Of a DNA stretch of 64,000 nucleotides, positions 1 through 10,180 are shown piece after piece (position 1 is the first letter of the stretch; every line of letters begins with the position of its first letter). The position numbers and the translations under genes were made by a program. The notes below the pieces were generated by a model. It saw only the letters and a list, made by a program, of their open reading frames with translations. It had not been told where the DNA came from and did not search any database. Where the stretch lies: IMG/VR virus record IMGVR_UViG_3300035135_002062. One strand, 5' to 3'. Source of the DNA: an uncultured virus (IMG/VR IMGVR_UViG_3300035135_002062) (taxonomy: Duplodnaviria; Heunggongvirae; Uroviricota; Caudoviricetes).

Positions 1-1
1 T

Positions 2-148
2 AACTCAACAAGTACTGAAATATATGAAACTGGTGACAGAATTTGTCAATTAATGATAATTCCTAACCCTAAAATTAATTTCATCGAAGTAGATGAATTA
101 TCCGATTCCGATAGAGGTGATGGAGGTTTCGGATCAACAGGTAAGTAA
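2..148 (+). CDS. dut: dUTPase, C-terminal fragment (gene starts before the window)
   Basis: Frame 2 reads ...YETGDRICQLMIIP...ELSDSDRGDGGFGSTGK*, i.e. dUTPase motifs IV (GDRIxQ) and V (RGxGGFGSTG). Confidence 0.92.
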   Translation, partial: NSTSTEIYETGDRICQLMIIPNPKINFIEVDELSDSDRGDGGFGSTGK

Positions 149-841
149 ATGGCTAAAAGAGTAACAAGTAGATTGACCCATAAACAAAGAATAAAAGCAA
201 TATTCAAAAGACCGAGAGAGAAATTCCTTACAGAATCCCAAAGAGACTATTGGGAAACTCTTGATAAAAATGAAATCACTTTATGTTTTGGTCCTGCAGG
301 TGTAGGTAAATCATACATCGCAATGAAAAAGGCGATAGATTTATTATGGGAAGAAGATAACAAATATGAAAAAATTATAATCGTTAGACCTGCTGTTGAA
401 GCCGAAGAAAAATTAGGTTCATTACCTGGTGGGTTAGAGGAGAAATTAGATCCTTATATATTCCCATCGTATTACCTTTTAAATAAAATTATAGGTAAGG
501 ATTGTAGGGAAAAATTAAAAGATGAAGGGTTCATTGAAGTGGCTGCGTTGGCTTACATGAGAGGATGGAATGTAGATAACACTATTTTAGTTTTCGAAGA
601 AGCCCAAAACGCAACTCCAGCACAAATTAAACTTCTATTGACACGTATAGGGTTTAACTCTAAATTCTTTATTTCGGGTGATTTAGAACAATCCGATAAA
701 TTCAAAGACATAACAAGAAGTGGGTTATACGACGCAAAAGTAAGATTAGATGGTCTTAAGAATATTGGGATACATGAATTTGACAGTAACGACATCGTAA
801 GAAACCCCCTAATAAGTCAGATCCTAAAAAGATACGATTAA
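149..841 (+). CDS. phoH: PhoH-family ATPase
   Basis: Walker A GPAGVGKS, RPAVEAEEKLGSLPG, YMRG, EEAQN, LLTRIG, GDLEQSD, DIVRN motifs. Confidence 0.95.
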   Translation: MAKRVTSRLTHKQRIKAIFKRPREKFLTESQRDYWETLDKNEITLCFGPAGVGKSYIAMKKAIDLLWEEDNKYEKIIIVRPAVEAEEKLGSLPGGLEEKLDPYIFPSYYLLNKIIGKDCREKLKDEGFIEVAALAYMRGWNVDNTILVFEEAQNATPAQIKLLLTRIGFNSKFFISGDLEQSDKFKDITRSGLYDAKVRLDGLKNIGIHEFDSNDIVRNPLISQILKRYD

Positions 842-883
842 TATAGGATTTACTTATAATAAATTTTTCATTATAATTTATCT

Positions 884-1534
884 ATGAGAATTTTTATTAG
901 TATCGATGGTGTTTTACGTAATACTATCGCAAAATTTGATTATCACTATAAAGACTATTACTTAGATAGTGAAGAAGACGAAAAAACAGAAGAAGAGAAC
1001 TCTTTTGACTATGGTGTTATTGAACCAATTAAAAATGAGTTCTTAATGGATAGTTATCGATTCCAATCAAAAGATGAGTTCAATAACTTTCTTTTTTTAG
1101 ACTACTCAGTAGAAATATTCGGACACGCTAATCCATCTTATAAAAACGTCTTCCATGACCTGAATAATTTAATTTATACTAATAAAGAACATAAGTTTAC
1201 TGTCATAGGATTAGATGAATTGGGGAAATCAAAACCATCAACCCTATTCTTTCTTTCAAAGAACGGATATATGGGAAATAATGTTAGGTTTAGTATTTCA
1301 TCAGAAATTGATAACCTATGGAAAGAATGTGATTTGTGGATTACAGATAGTAATAGTGTAATTGAAAGAACTCCAAGATTTAAGAAATCTATAAAGTTCA
1401 ATAATGACTATAACCAATACTTTACAAATAAACACGAAATTCATAAATTAACAGAAATAGATAAAAAATGGTTGAAATCTTCGGAGAATATTATTACATC
1501 GACTTGGACAAAATTAATGAAGAGTGTGAGATAA
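884..1534 (+). CDS. HAD-superfamily 5'(3')-deoxyribonucleotidase-like protein, possibly catalytically degenerate
   Basis: N-terminal RIFISIDGVLRN resembles HAD motif I (DxDGVL) but the first Asp is Ser; DLWITDS resembles motif IV. Confidence 0.55.
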   Translation: MRIFISIDGVLRNTIAKFDYHYKDYYLDSEEDEKTEEENSFDYGVIEPIKNEFLMDSYRFQSKDEFNNFLFLDYSVEIFGHANPSYKNVFHDLNNLIYTNKEHKFTVIGLDELGKSKPSTLFFLSKNGYMGNNVRFSISSEIDNLWKECDLWITDSNSVIERTPRFKKSIKFNNDYNQYFTNKHEIHKLTEIDKKWLKSSENIITSTWTKLMKSVR

Positions 1535-1761
1535 AACTTACACCCAAAGAAAAAGTAGGTGAAGAAGGAAAATTAGAGGTAGAACAAACTATCAATGTTT
1601 TCAAATATGATACAGTGAAACAGTGTATCGATACACTATTAACTGAAAATGGTCCTGAAGACGAGGCATTAGGTCTCTACGGGAATAACCTCTCACTACC
1701 GTTCAAAGTAGCATATAACACCCTAATAAATTACAATATTTTAAGAAAATACGATGAGTGA
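1468..1761 (+). CDS. hypothetical protein
   Basis: 97-aa ORF in operon context; stop overlaps the next start. Confidence 0.7.
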   Translation: MVEIFGEYYYIDLDKINEECEIKLTPKEKVGEEGKLEVEQTINVFKYDTVKQCIDTLLTENGPEDEALGLYGNNLSLPFKVAYNTLINYNILRKYDE

Positions 1762-2824
1762 ATCGATAGAAAATTTAGAATTATTACAAAAAGCACTTGA
1801 TCGTATAGAGAAAAAGGAAAACAGAATATTCTTTCTCACATACGATACAAAAAATAACGCAAGAGCGGCGGTAAAATATATTTACGACACCGCACAAACA
1901 CTTAAAAACGAAGGTTATGACTCATATATCTTAGTAGAAGATGAAAAATATGTGGGAATTAAATCTTGGTTGGGTGATAGGTACTCTGATATACCAATAG
2001 TATCCATAAAAGAAGATAAAGTAGCATTAGGAATTGATGATATAATTGTTGTTCCTGAATTCTATTCAAATGTCTTACAACAATTGTCTTCAATTAAGTG
2101 TAATAAAGTAATGTTAGTACAACAAACAGAGTACATGTTTGAAACATTACCTGTGGGATCAAGATGGAGAGACTATGGTTTCGATAAGGTTATTACCACA
2201 ACAGAAAAATCAAAGGAATATATAAAAACTATTTTTCCTGAATCTCTGATCTATGTGAATCCACCTAAAATAGGAGAAAACTTTAAACCTTCTGAATCAC
2301 CAACTAAACCTTTTGTTGCTATTAGTGCGAGAGATAGAGGACACCACAGAAGAGTTATTTCTGAGTTTTATCTAAAATACCCTCAATTAAGATGGATCAC
2401 ATTTAAAGATATGGTTCAAATGACATATGACGAATTTTCTGATCAATTAAGTGAATGTATTTGTTCAGTATGGTTAGATGATGATTCTACTTTTGGGACA
2501 TTCCCGTTAGAATCGATGAAATCAAACGTACCCGTTATTGGTAAAGTACCTACAACAGAACCTGAATGGATCGGTGAAAACGGTATATGGACGTATGAAC
2601 TATCTAAGATTGTAGAACTAATCGGTACTTACGTTTTAGCGTGGTTAGATGGTGCAGGAATTACTGACGAAGTCAGAGACAAAATGAAAGAAACATTACT
2701 ACCATATAGTGATGACATTATAGACAATAACGTGGTATCAATATTTAACTCACTGAATACAAGTAGAGTTAAAACTATCCAAGACGCGTTAGATAAATTT
2801 AAAGAACAAGAAGTAACAACATGA
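1754..2824 (+). CDS. glycosyltransferase, GT-B/GT4-like
   Basis: DDIIVVPE, FGTFPLESMKSNVPVIG (GT4 ExFGxxxxEAMxxGxPVI-like). Confidence 0.75.
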   Translation: MSESIENLELLQKALDRIEKKENRIFFLTYDTKNNARAAVKYIYDTAQTLKNEGYDSYILVEDEKYVGIKSWLGDRYSDIPIVSIKEDKVALGIDDIIVVPEFYSNVLQQLSSIKCNKVMLVQQTEYMFETLPVGSRWRDYGFDKVITTTEKSKEYIKTIFPESLIYVNPPKIGENFKPSESPTKPFVAISARDRGHHRRVISEFYLKYPQLRWITFKDMVQMTYDEFSDQLSECICSVWLDDDSTFGTFPLESMKSNVPVIGKVPTTEPEWIGENGIWTYELSKIVELIGTYVLAWLDGAGITDEVRDKMKETLLPYSDDIIDNNVVSIFNSLNTSRVKTIQDALDKFKEQEVTT

Positions 2825-3609
2825 AAAATATAACAGTAATATTACCAATACACTCTATCGAAGGTGAATACGGAGAAATGTTATCGAAGGCAGTTGAATC
2901 AGTAGAACAGTTTCATGATGACGTATCTCTAAGTATTGTTGGTCCTGAGAGTGTTGTTGGTACTTTAACAAGTAAAGGTTTATCAGATAAATTAGATATT
3001 AACCTAATAACAAATGAAGGTAATACAGATTTTTGTTCACAGGTAAACTTAGGAATTGAACAATGTACCACTGAGTGGTTCTCGATCCTCGAAGTTGACG
3101 ATGTGTACACGAGAAATTGGTTACCATCTTTTGAAACATATAGAAGTAGTTTCGGTGATGATATTGATGTATACTTGACAATAGTTAAGGACATCAACAC
3201 AGAAGGTAAAATGTTAAACTTTACAAATGAGTCTGTATGGGCGTATGGTTTTACAGAAACACAGGGGATCTTAAATAATGAAGTTTTATTAGACTTCCAA
3301 AACTATCAGACAAGTGGTGGTTTTTATAGAACGGAAGTGATAAAAGAAAATGGTTCCTTCAAAGACAATATTAAACTCACATTTAGTTACGAATTTCTAT
3401 TGAGATTAACTCACAATGGAGTTAAGATTGCGGTGATCCCACAAACGGGATATAAACACGTTAATTTTAGAGAAGGTTCTTTGTTTTGGAATTATAAAAA
3501 TGATGATGATTCAAAACTAAAAACAAATGAAGCAAAATTTTGGTTGGAAACGGCTAAGAAAGAATTCTTCTTCAAAGATAAACGAGATGTAGAGTATGTA
3601 GAAAATTAA
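2821..3609 (+). CDS. glycosyltransferase family 2 (GT-A)
   Basis: ITVILPIH start, NLGIEQCTTEWFSILEVDD (DxD-like), YEFLLRL. Confidence 0.8.
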   Translation: MKNITVILPIHSIEGEYGEMLSKAVESVEQFHDDVSLSIVGPESVVGTLTSKGLSDKLDINLITNEGNTDFCSQVNLGIEQCTTEWFSILEVDDVYTRNWLPSFETYRSSFGDDIDVYLTIVKDINTEGKMLNFTNESVWAYGFTETQGILNNEVLLDFQNYQTSGGFYRTEVIKENGSFKDNIKLTFSYEFLLRLTHNGVKIAVIPQTGYKHVNFREGSLFWNYKNDDDSKLKTNEAKFWLETAKKEFFFKDKRDVEYVEN

Positions 3610-4310
3610 TGCCGAGAAAGCGAACCCAAAAAATGTACTTTGGGGAGGAGCAAGAACAAGCGGTAGTACGATATTTAGAATCCGAAAACGAAGAAGAAAA
3701 GAATAAGATATTCAACGAATATTTAAGAGAACCTCTCAGAATAATGGTGGAAAGTATAATCCGTCGTTATAAATTATATAGAAAAGATTTAGAATTTAAT
3801 GAAATTCATACTGATACTATGTCATTTTTGATGACTAAGATCAGTAAATTCGATACAACTAAAAATTACAAAGCGTATTCATATTTTGGTACAATCTGTA
3901 AAAATTACCTTATGGGTGCAATACAGAAAGACCAAAAAGAACAGAATAGGTCTGTCTCCTATGAAGATATATCCTCAAGGATAGAAGATAGGGCGGACCT
4001 CTCTTACATTATAGACGAAGAAATAATTGACTACAAAGATGTGGTTAATAAATTAACGACTGAATTAGAAGTCTTTGTTGAAGAAACTGAACTTAACGAG
4101 AATGAAAAAAAGTTAGGTTACGCTCTTATAGAAGTATTTTCAAACTTTGAGAAAGTTTTCCAAATAGGTGAGGGAAATAAGTTTAACAAAAACCTCATTT
4201 TACTTTCACTTAGGGAAATGACATCCTTAACAACTAAAGAAATAAGGGTGGCAATGAAAAAATACAAGAAACTATATGAAGCACTAAAAGTTCAATTCAT
4301 AGAATACTAA
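3609..4310 (+). CDS. RNA polymerase sigma factor, T4 gp55-like (late transcription)
   Basis: KFDTTKNYKAYSYFGTICKNYL is sigma region 2-like, as in gp55; position next to virion genes. Confidence 0.7.
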   Translation: MPRKRTQKMYFGEEQEQAVVRYLESENEEEKNKIFNEYLREPLRIMVESIIRRYKLYRKDLEFNEIHTDTMSFLMTKISKFDTTKNYKAYSYFGTICKNYLMGAIQKDQKEQNRSVSYEDISSRIEDRADLSYIIDEEIIDYKDVVNKLTTELEVFVEETELNENEKKLGYALIEVFSNFEKVFQIGEGNKFNKNLILLSLREMTSLTTKEIRVAMKKYKKLYEALKVQFIEY

Positions 4311-4328
4311 ATATTCATATTTATAGAT

Positions 4329-4709
4329 ATGAGAAGAAAAAAGAATATACTGTCTTTAGATACAGATTCGGCACTATCTCTTATGCAAGAAATTTACAAT
4401 GATATTGTGGAACAAAAACAAACCGCAAGTATGATTACTAAAAAGATGTTAAGTTTCATGAAAGAGGCAGAAGATATGAGTGTAATCGGACCTGTTATCA
4501 AAGAACAACAGAAAATATTAAATGATTGTACTGAGAAGAAAATTTCATTAGTAAAACTACAAAGTGCGTTATTGAAACAAACTGGTGGAGGAACAACTCA
4601 ACAAGGAGGTAAATTAGATCTTACTGATGAAGATAGAGCACTATTAGAAAAATTAATGAAAGAGGACGATGAACCCGCATCTGGTGATTCGAAAAATTAC
4701 GAAATGTAA
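4329..4709 (+). CDS. hypothetical protein (coiled-coil)
   Basis: 126-aa ORF preceded by TATTTATA. Confidence 0.75.
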   Translation: MRRKKNILSLDTDSALSLMQEIYNDIVEQKQTASMITKKMLSFMKEAEDMSVIGPVIKEQQKILNDCTEKKISLVKLQSALLKQTGGGTTQQGGKLDLTDEDRALLEKLMKEDDEPASGDSKNYEM

Positions 4710-6616
4710 TGAGCAAAGTTAGTACCCTTAGAAATAAAATCAGGTCAAAGATCGAGGTAATTAAAAAGATTAATGATAATCCTAAATTAACCTCCGATAA
4801 TCTATATGATCTTTATGGTGAGGGTGTAACAAAAGTTGATAAATTACTTTCATCTAAGATAGATGGCTTAACATCAAAGTTGTCAAAGAAAAATAATGAA
4901 AACAAACAGGATATATTTGGAAGTCTTATAGATACCGCATCAGGTTTTCTTAATTCAAAATCAAATGACATTCAGGTAAATGACAAACTAATCACAGGAA
5001 ATAAAATAAAAAAGTATGCATTACAATCTGCGGACAAAACCCTTAAGTCAGGAAAACAGATTGTGATGGATAGTGTAAAGGAAGTTTTATTTGTTGACTC
5101 TGATACAAGTATTTGTGGTGTTGAAACATTAATGCCAAATGATACGATGACAATTAGTCCAAAAGAGATTGATTTTCTTGAACTGTTACAAAATGAACCC
5201 CCCTCAAAGATCGGACAGATCATGTACGAGGCACAATCTCCAAGTGTAGGTGAAGAGAAGGTAAATAGAGAACTATACAATTCTTTTTCAACCCCATATA
5301 CTTTCTCTAATAAACAGGGACAATCTATGTTTGATTTGACATGGAACTCACCATTACAAGAATGGAATGTTACGGGTCTTCAACAAGGGGGTGGTGGAAA
5401 CATACCTAAGGTGGGTCAATTTATTAATGACTATTATGGTAATATGGAATCACCTGATCTGAACTATATCATCAAAACAAGTATGTTAATGACATTACAA
5501 GGTGATGGTGAAAACCCCGAAGTTTTTGATAAGGCGATTAATGATTTAAATAGGTTGTGTAATAAACTTTTTAAAATTTGTAATCCGCCTGACGAAGGGA
5601 GTAATTTAATTCAAACCACAAGTCAACAGTTTTCAGAAAATGACTTAGATGTAGAATCATATTTTGATTTTAATGATGTTGAGGGGATTGATTTAGATGA
5701 TGAAGACGCAAGATTTAGAAAAGTATTAAGATTTGTTGATTGTGGAAACTTTGAAGTCCCTTCATCGGAATCTAACTTCGAAGACTTTGTGATCTTATCA
5801 CAAAATGGAGATTTAGGAAACTTGGTAGATAACACATTGGAAAATGCCGCGAGAAATGCGATGATCAATTCGGGTAGTGACCCAAAACTAATTGACAATA
5901 TAAATCTTGAGTTAATTAACCTCTTCATTCTAAACGTACCAAAAGCAATAGTAAGTTCTTATTTAGGACCTAAAGTTTTTTTACCGTTAGTAATATCATG
6001 GAAACAACTCACAAGTTTTGCGGGTGATGTAAAAGATCTATTAAAACAATTCTATAAATTATTCTATAAAATAATTAAAAATGTATTTTGGAAATTTATA
6101 GAAGAATTTTGGCAATTAATTAAAAGAGATTTATTGTCGTTTGTTGTTAGTATTGTAACAAGAATTCTAACAAACAAATATAAAAGATATGTGACTATTT
6201 TAACTTCATTAATAAGTTTAATCCGAAGAATACTCGCTTTGGGTATAAAGAGTTGTACCGACTTATTCAGTGCAATTATAGATCTAATAAACAATGCCCT
6301 GAGGGTTGGTGGTCCATCTATAAACGTACCAGGTGTATTATTAGGTCTATCTGATCTTTTACCTGGTTTCAGTTCTGATAGAGCATTTATGAACGCGACA
6401 GAAAGAATGGCCGCCGCAGGTCTTAATACAGGTCCTGTATATGGTGAGTCTAATGAAATGGTAACTATGGTAAAAAATATAATAGACGGACACACTGCGG
6501 AATTAGATACAAATTCATATGTTAAAGTAGGCAATAAAATGATGACAATACCAACACCTGTTGGTCCGATAGTTATTCCACCAGGTATATTAAACAGTGC
6601 GGGTAAAATATTATAA
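4709..6616 (+). CDS. hypothetical protein, probable virion/baseplate component
   Basis: 635-aa ORF directly upstream of the gp5-like gene; amphipathic helical C-terminal third. Confidence 0.5.
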   Translation: MSKVSTLRNKIRSKIEVIKKINDNPKLTSDNLYDLYGEGVTKVDKLLSSKIDGLTSKLSKKNNENKQDIFGSLIDTASGFLNSKSNDIQVNDKLITGNKIKKYALQSADKTLKSGKQIVMDSVKEVLFVDSDTSICGVETLMPNDTMTISPKEIDFLELLQNEPPSKIGQIMYEAQSPSVGEEKVNRELYNSFSTPYTFSNKQGQSMFDLTWNSPLQEWNVTGLQQGGGGNIPKVGQFINDYYGNMESPDLNYIIKTSMLMTLQGDGENPEVFDKAINDLNRLCNKLFKICNPPDEGSNLIQTTSQQFSENDLDVESYFDFNDVEGIDLDDEDARFRKVLRFVDCGNFEVPSSESNFEDFVILSQNGDLGNLVDNTLENAARNAMINSGSDPKLIDNINLELINLFILNVPKAIVSSYLGPKVFLPLVISWKQLTSFAGDVKDLLKQFYKLFYKIIKNVFWKFIEEFWQLIKRDLLSFVVSIVTRILTNKYKRYVTILTSLISLIRRILALGIKSCTDLFSAIIDLINNALRVGGPSINVPGVLLGLSDLLPGFSSDRAFMNATERMAAAGLNTGPVYGESNEMVTMVKNIIDGHTAELDTNSYVKVGNKMMTIPTPVGPIVIPPGILNSAGKIL

Positions 6617-6617
6617 T

Positions 6618-6815
6618 ATGGATCCAAACAAAATATTAGAAATAGTAAACAAACCTGAAGAAAAATCTAATAAAGATTTAGGTGAGTGTGAACAATTTTT
6701 ATATAATGAGTTTGAAAAAACCAAAGAACAAATTGTAACTCTTACAAGGTATTTAGACAAAGTGGAAACATCATATAAAAGAATAAACGAAGAATTAGGT
6801 AAAAGATATAAATAA
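6618..6815 (+). CDS. small coiled-coil hypothetical protein
   Basis: ATG at 6618 (MDPNKILE) follows the upstream stop; stop overlaps the next start. Confidence 0.65.
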   Translation: MDPNKILEIVNKPEEKSNKDLGECEQFLYNEFEKTKEQIVTLTRYLDKVETSYKRINEELGKRYK

Positions 6816-8302
6816 TGTCATTTATTTCATTAGCATTAGTAACTGAAAATATTGATCCTAAGGGTATTGGTAGAATTCGTATCAAACCAATGGGTATGAT
6901 GACAGGAGATGTAGAACGTGCCATAGATTACGATTTATGGAGTGAGAAAGATCCTTTTGTTGCCAATCCTTTTCTACCTAATAATATCAACTTCGTACCA
7001 GAGTTAGGTCAAACAGTAAAAGTATTAACTTATGATCCCGAAAATCCTTTAATTAATAGGGAATACATTGCGGGTCCATTCTCCACAATACACGATTTCA
7101 ATTCACAAACGAATTCGAGACAAGTAGAAAATACATCGTATGGTAATGTTGTGAAAAAAATGAAAAACATCTTTAATAAAGATGGTGTATATACCACTAA
7201 TAAATCAGAAGGAAGTATTGCTAAAGTAAAAGATTACGCAATCTATGGTAAGTACGGTTCTGATATTATTTTTACTGAAGATGGTATTGTACTTAGAGGT
7301 GGTAAATTACTAAGTAAAGATTCTGCAAGTGATAAAGAGAAAGTTGATATGGTCAACTTTCCTATCATGTCTGAAAAGAGTAGTATTTTCTCTCTCAAAA
7401 AATTTGGTGGAAAACAAATATTCGAGGAAATAGAAGAAACAGTAAAAGAACTACCAATTAAAAAAATACAATACGTTGTGGAATATATGGTTGATAGTGT
7501 AAGTAATCCATCTACAGTATATTGGTTTGTTTATGAAGTCAAAGACACGTATGGTGATGTTTTCCTTACAAGTGTATTCAATTCAAAAACAGCAAGACCA
7601 ATATCAACTTATTCGACAGCAACTAAACTACTCAATCTCGATGGAACCACAAGTTCACCAACATTTACACAGAGTGTTAGTTCATATGAAGAAGCGTATG
7701 TAACAATAAGAAATACCATATGTAGATTAAGTAAAGAAAATTTAAAAATTTTTGACAACAGATTACCTGAAATTAAACACCCATTTTACTTTAGACCTAA
7801 AGAAGGTCTCACAGATAAAACATTCTTAGGGAAGGTAACTCCTGGTGGGTGTACCGATAATGTTATTGAAGGGTCAGGTTTAATATTTGACTTGAATGAA
7901 CCGACACCTAAAGAAAGAGAAAAAAAGAGAAAGGTTAAGAGATTAAAAACGATATCTTCTCGACAAGAACAAACTTTTGGTACTTTATCGACTGATAAGA
8001 TATATCTAATATCTACCGACACCAATGAAGTTGGTACCAAATCTGTACCATTTGATAAATTGGATAAGTACGAATATACTCAAGAAGACCTTTTAACAAG
8101 GATTGAACCTAATACATATGCCACAGTGAGAGGAGAAACATTACTGGCGTTTATTGATCAATTAGTAAAAGTGGTTGCGGGACACGCCCATAATCCGACC
8201 AAACCAATGGTTAAAAATGGGTACCCCGATTGGGATAAATTAATGAATCTTTACCAAACACTTGAAAATGACATCCTAAATAAATCGATTAGAATAAACT
8301 AA
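6815..8302 (+). CDS. baseplate hub/spike protein, T4 gp5/VgrG-like OB-fold
   Basis: N-terminal VTENIDPKGIGRIRI...FVPELGQTVKV OB-fold signature; C-terminal VRGETL...GHAHNP His motif typical of spike tips. Confidence 0.7.
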   Translation: MSFISLALVTENIDPKGIGRIRIKPMGMMTGDVERAIDYDLWSEKDPFVANPFLPNNINFVPELGQTVKVLTYDPENPLINREYIAGPFSTIHDFNSQTNSRQVENTSYGNVVKKMKNIFNKDGVYTTNKSEGSIAKVKDYAIYGKYGSDIIFTEDGIVLRGGKLLSKDSASDKEKVDMVNFPIMSEKSSIFSLKKFGGKQIFEEIEETVKELPIKKIQYVVEYMVDSVSNPSTVYWFVYEVKDTYGDVFLTSVFNSKTARPISTYSTATKLLNLDGTTSSPTFTQSVSSYEEAYVTIRNTICRLSKENLKIFDNRLPEIKHPFYFRPKEGLTDKTFLGKVTPGGCTDNVIEGSGLIFDLNEPTPKEREKKRKVKRLKTISSRQEQTFGTLSTDKIYLISTDTNEVGTKSVPFDKLDKYEYTQEDLLTRIEPNTYATVRGETLLAFIDQLVKVVAGHAHNPTKPMVKNGYPDWDKLMNLYQTLENDILNKSIRIN

Positions 8303-8333
8303 GCGATATTTATAAAATAAATACTTTTAAAAG

Positions 8334-9707
8334 ATGTCATACTTTCGTTCATATTTCGATAAGAATAATACAATAATAAAGAATAAGAAGGTTAATACCG
8401 CGAAGAATCCCACCACTGAGATTTTTTACGGGTCAAGTTTTTCAAAATTCTTATTTCGTGTAGATTTAGATGATCTTAAATCTAAAATAACTGATGGTAC
8501 ATATGTTTTAGATAATAACACAAAACATACTCTACACATGACAAACACCATTTTTGGTGATGAAACATTCCTTGGTGCAAAGAGAGGTACGGGAAGAGAA
8601 AGAACATCGTCCTTCAAATTAATATTATTCCAAATCAATGAGTATTGGGATGAGGGCGTTGGATTTGACTATGAAGACTCTGGTTATGACTACACCACAG
8701 GAAATGACACTTTCGATATAAGACCATCAAACTGGTTTAATAGAACTACTTTAGATGGTTGGGCTAGTGACGGTGTTTATACAACAACACCTACAATTGT
8801 TACATCACAACAATTTGATAATGGTGATGAAAACCTTGAAATGGATATTACATCTTATGTGAATGATATTTTAACGGGGAACACAGTAAATTATGGTCTT
8901 GGGGTTGCATTTGATCCATTATATGAAACCATAGAACAAGAAGTGGATCAATCGGTTGCGTTTTTTACAAAATATACACAAACCTTTTTTGAACCATTTG
9001 TTGAAACAAAGTTCGAAGATAGAATTATCGATGATAGACAAAACTTCATTGAAAAAACAGACCAAAACTTATTTTTATATGTAAACAAAGAAACTAACTT
9101 CTTTGACTTAGATAATATTCCAACAGTGGATATACTTGACTCAACTCAAACACCGATAACAGGACTTACAGGTTTAACGGTGAATAAAGTTAGAAAAGGC
9201 GTATACAAAGTTACGTTTGGTATTGATGGGTTAGTATGTGATGGAAAAAGATTTTTCTATGATGTATGGAAAGGAATTAGTGTTGAGAACAACCAATTCC
9301 CTGATATCACACAAAAGTTTATCCCAAAACCATATTCTTCTAAGTTTAGTTTAGGTGAAAATTTAACTGAATTAAAAAAATACATTGTTCAGTACTCAGG
9401 GATCCAACAAAATGAAAAGATTAAAGCGGGTGAAGTGAGAAAAATTACGGTAAGATTTAGAACGATTACAGAATCTAATGATGTACTCTTTGATGAGGCT
9501 CAATATAGAATTTATATAAAAGAAGGAAGAACCACAGTGAATGTGTTCGATTGGACGTACTTAGACGTTACAAATGAAAATAGTTTTACCGTAGATACCT
9601 CCATCTTAATACCAAGAGAATATTTTATTGAAATTAAAGGTATAAGACACAATGAGGAAATAACATATAATGATGAGATAACTTTCGAAATCTTATCTGA
9701 GAAATAA
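8334..9707 (+). CDS. probable virion structural (baseplate/tail) protein
   Basis: 457-aa beta-rich ORF after the gp5-like gene, with a TATTTATA late motif upstream. Confidence 0.5.
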   Translation: MSYFRSYFDKNNTIIKNKKVNTAKNPTTEIFYGSSFSKFLFRVDLDDLKSKITDGTYVLDNNTKHTLHMTNTIFGDETFLGAKRGTGRERTSSFKLILFQINEYWDEGVGFDYEDSGYDYTTGNDTFDIRPSNWFNRTTLDGWASDGVYTTTPTIVTSQQFDNGDENLEMDITSYVNDILTGNTVNYGLGVAFDPLYETIEQEVDQSVAFFTKYTQTFFEPFVETKFEDRIIDDRQNFIEKTDQNLFLYVNKETNFFDLDNIPTVDILDSTQTPITGLTGLTVNKVRKGVYKVTFGIDGLVCDGKRFFYDVWKGISVENNQFPDITQKFIPKPYSSKFSLGENLTELKKYIVQYSGIQQNEKIKAGEVRKITVRFRTITESNDVLFDEAQYRIYIKEGRTTVNVFDWTYLDVTNENSFTVDTSILIPREYFIEIKGIRHNEEITYNDEITFEILSEK

Positions 9708-9721
9708 AAATATTTATCGTT

Positions 9722-10180
9722 ATGGACTTAAAAAATATTATAAAAACACATTTAAACCAACTTAAAGAAGACCACTTAAAGAATACGGAAAACTACATGT
9801 TTTTTAGTAATCTAAAACAAATACACAGACAATGTGAAATTCTACTTGAATTAGATAAAGAGATTGTCGACTCAATTATCCAAAATGGACATGATTGGGC
9901 CGATGACCACATCAGTGTGGCTAAAGAAAATATGGACCAAGTGTTAGATTTCTTTATGAACAAGACTGAGGATGATGTACAATTAAATGAAGGAAAAAAG
10001 AAGAAAAAGAAATCAAATAAATTATGTTCAAGAGGGATATCCGCGGCTAAATCTAAATTCGATGTATACCCAAGTGCGTACGCTAATGGATACGCAGTAC
10101 AAGTATGTAAAGGTAAAATGCCAGGTTTAGACGGTAAAAAGAGATGTTCAGGTTCTTACTGTAGAAAGAAAAAGAAATAA
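9722..10180 (+). CDS. hypothetical virion protein with basic C-terminal module (DUF5872-like)
   Basis: HDWADDHI module; LNE followed by KKKKKK and AAKSKFDVYPSAYANGYAVQVCK. Confidence 0.55.
   Translation: MDLKNIIKTHLNQLKEDHLKNTENYMFFSNLKQIHRQCEILLELDKEIVDSIIQNGHDWADDHISVAKENMDQVLDFFMNKTEDDVQLNEGKKKKKKSNKLCSRGISAAKSKFDVYPSAYANGYAVQVCKGKMPGLDGKKRCSGSYCRKKKK

Noticed and set aside
6064..6627. 187-aa antisense ORF and similar 60-140 aa antisense ORFs throughout
   Set aside because: Fully overlap well-supported genes on the opposite strand and have no motifs or promoter context
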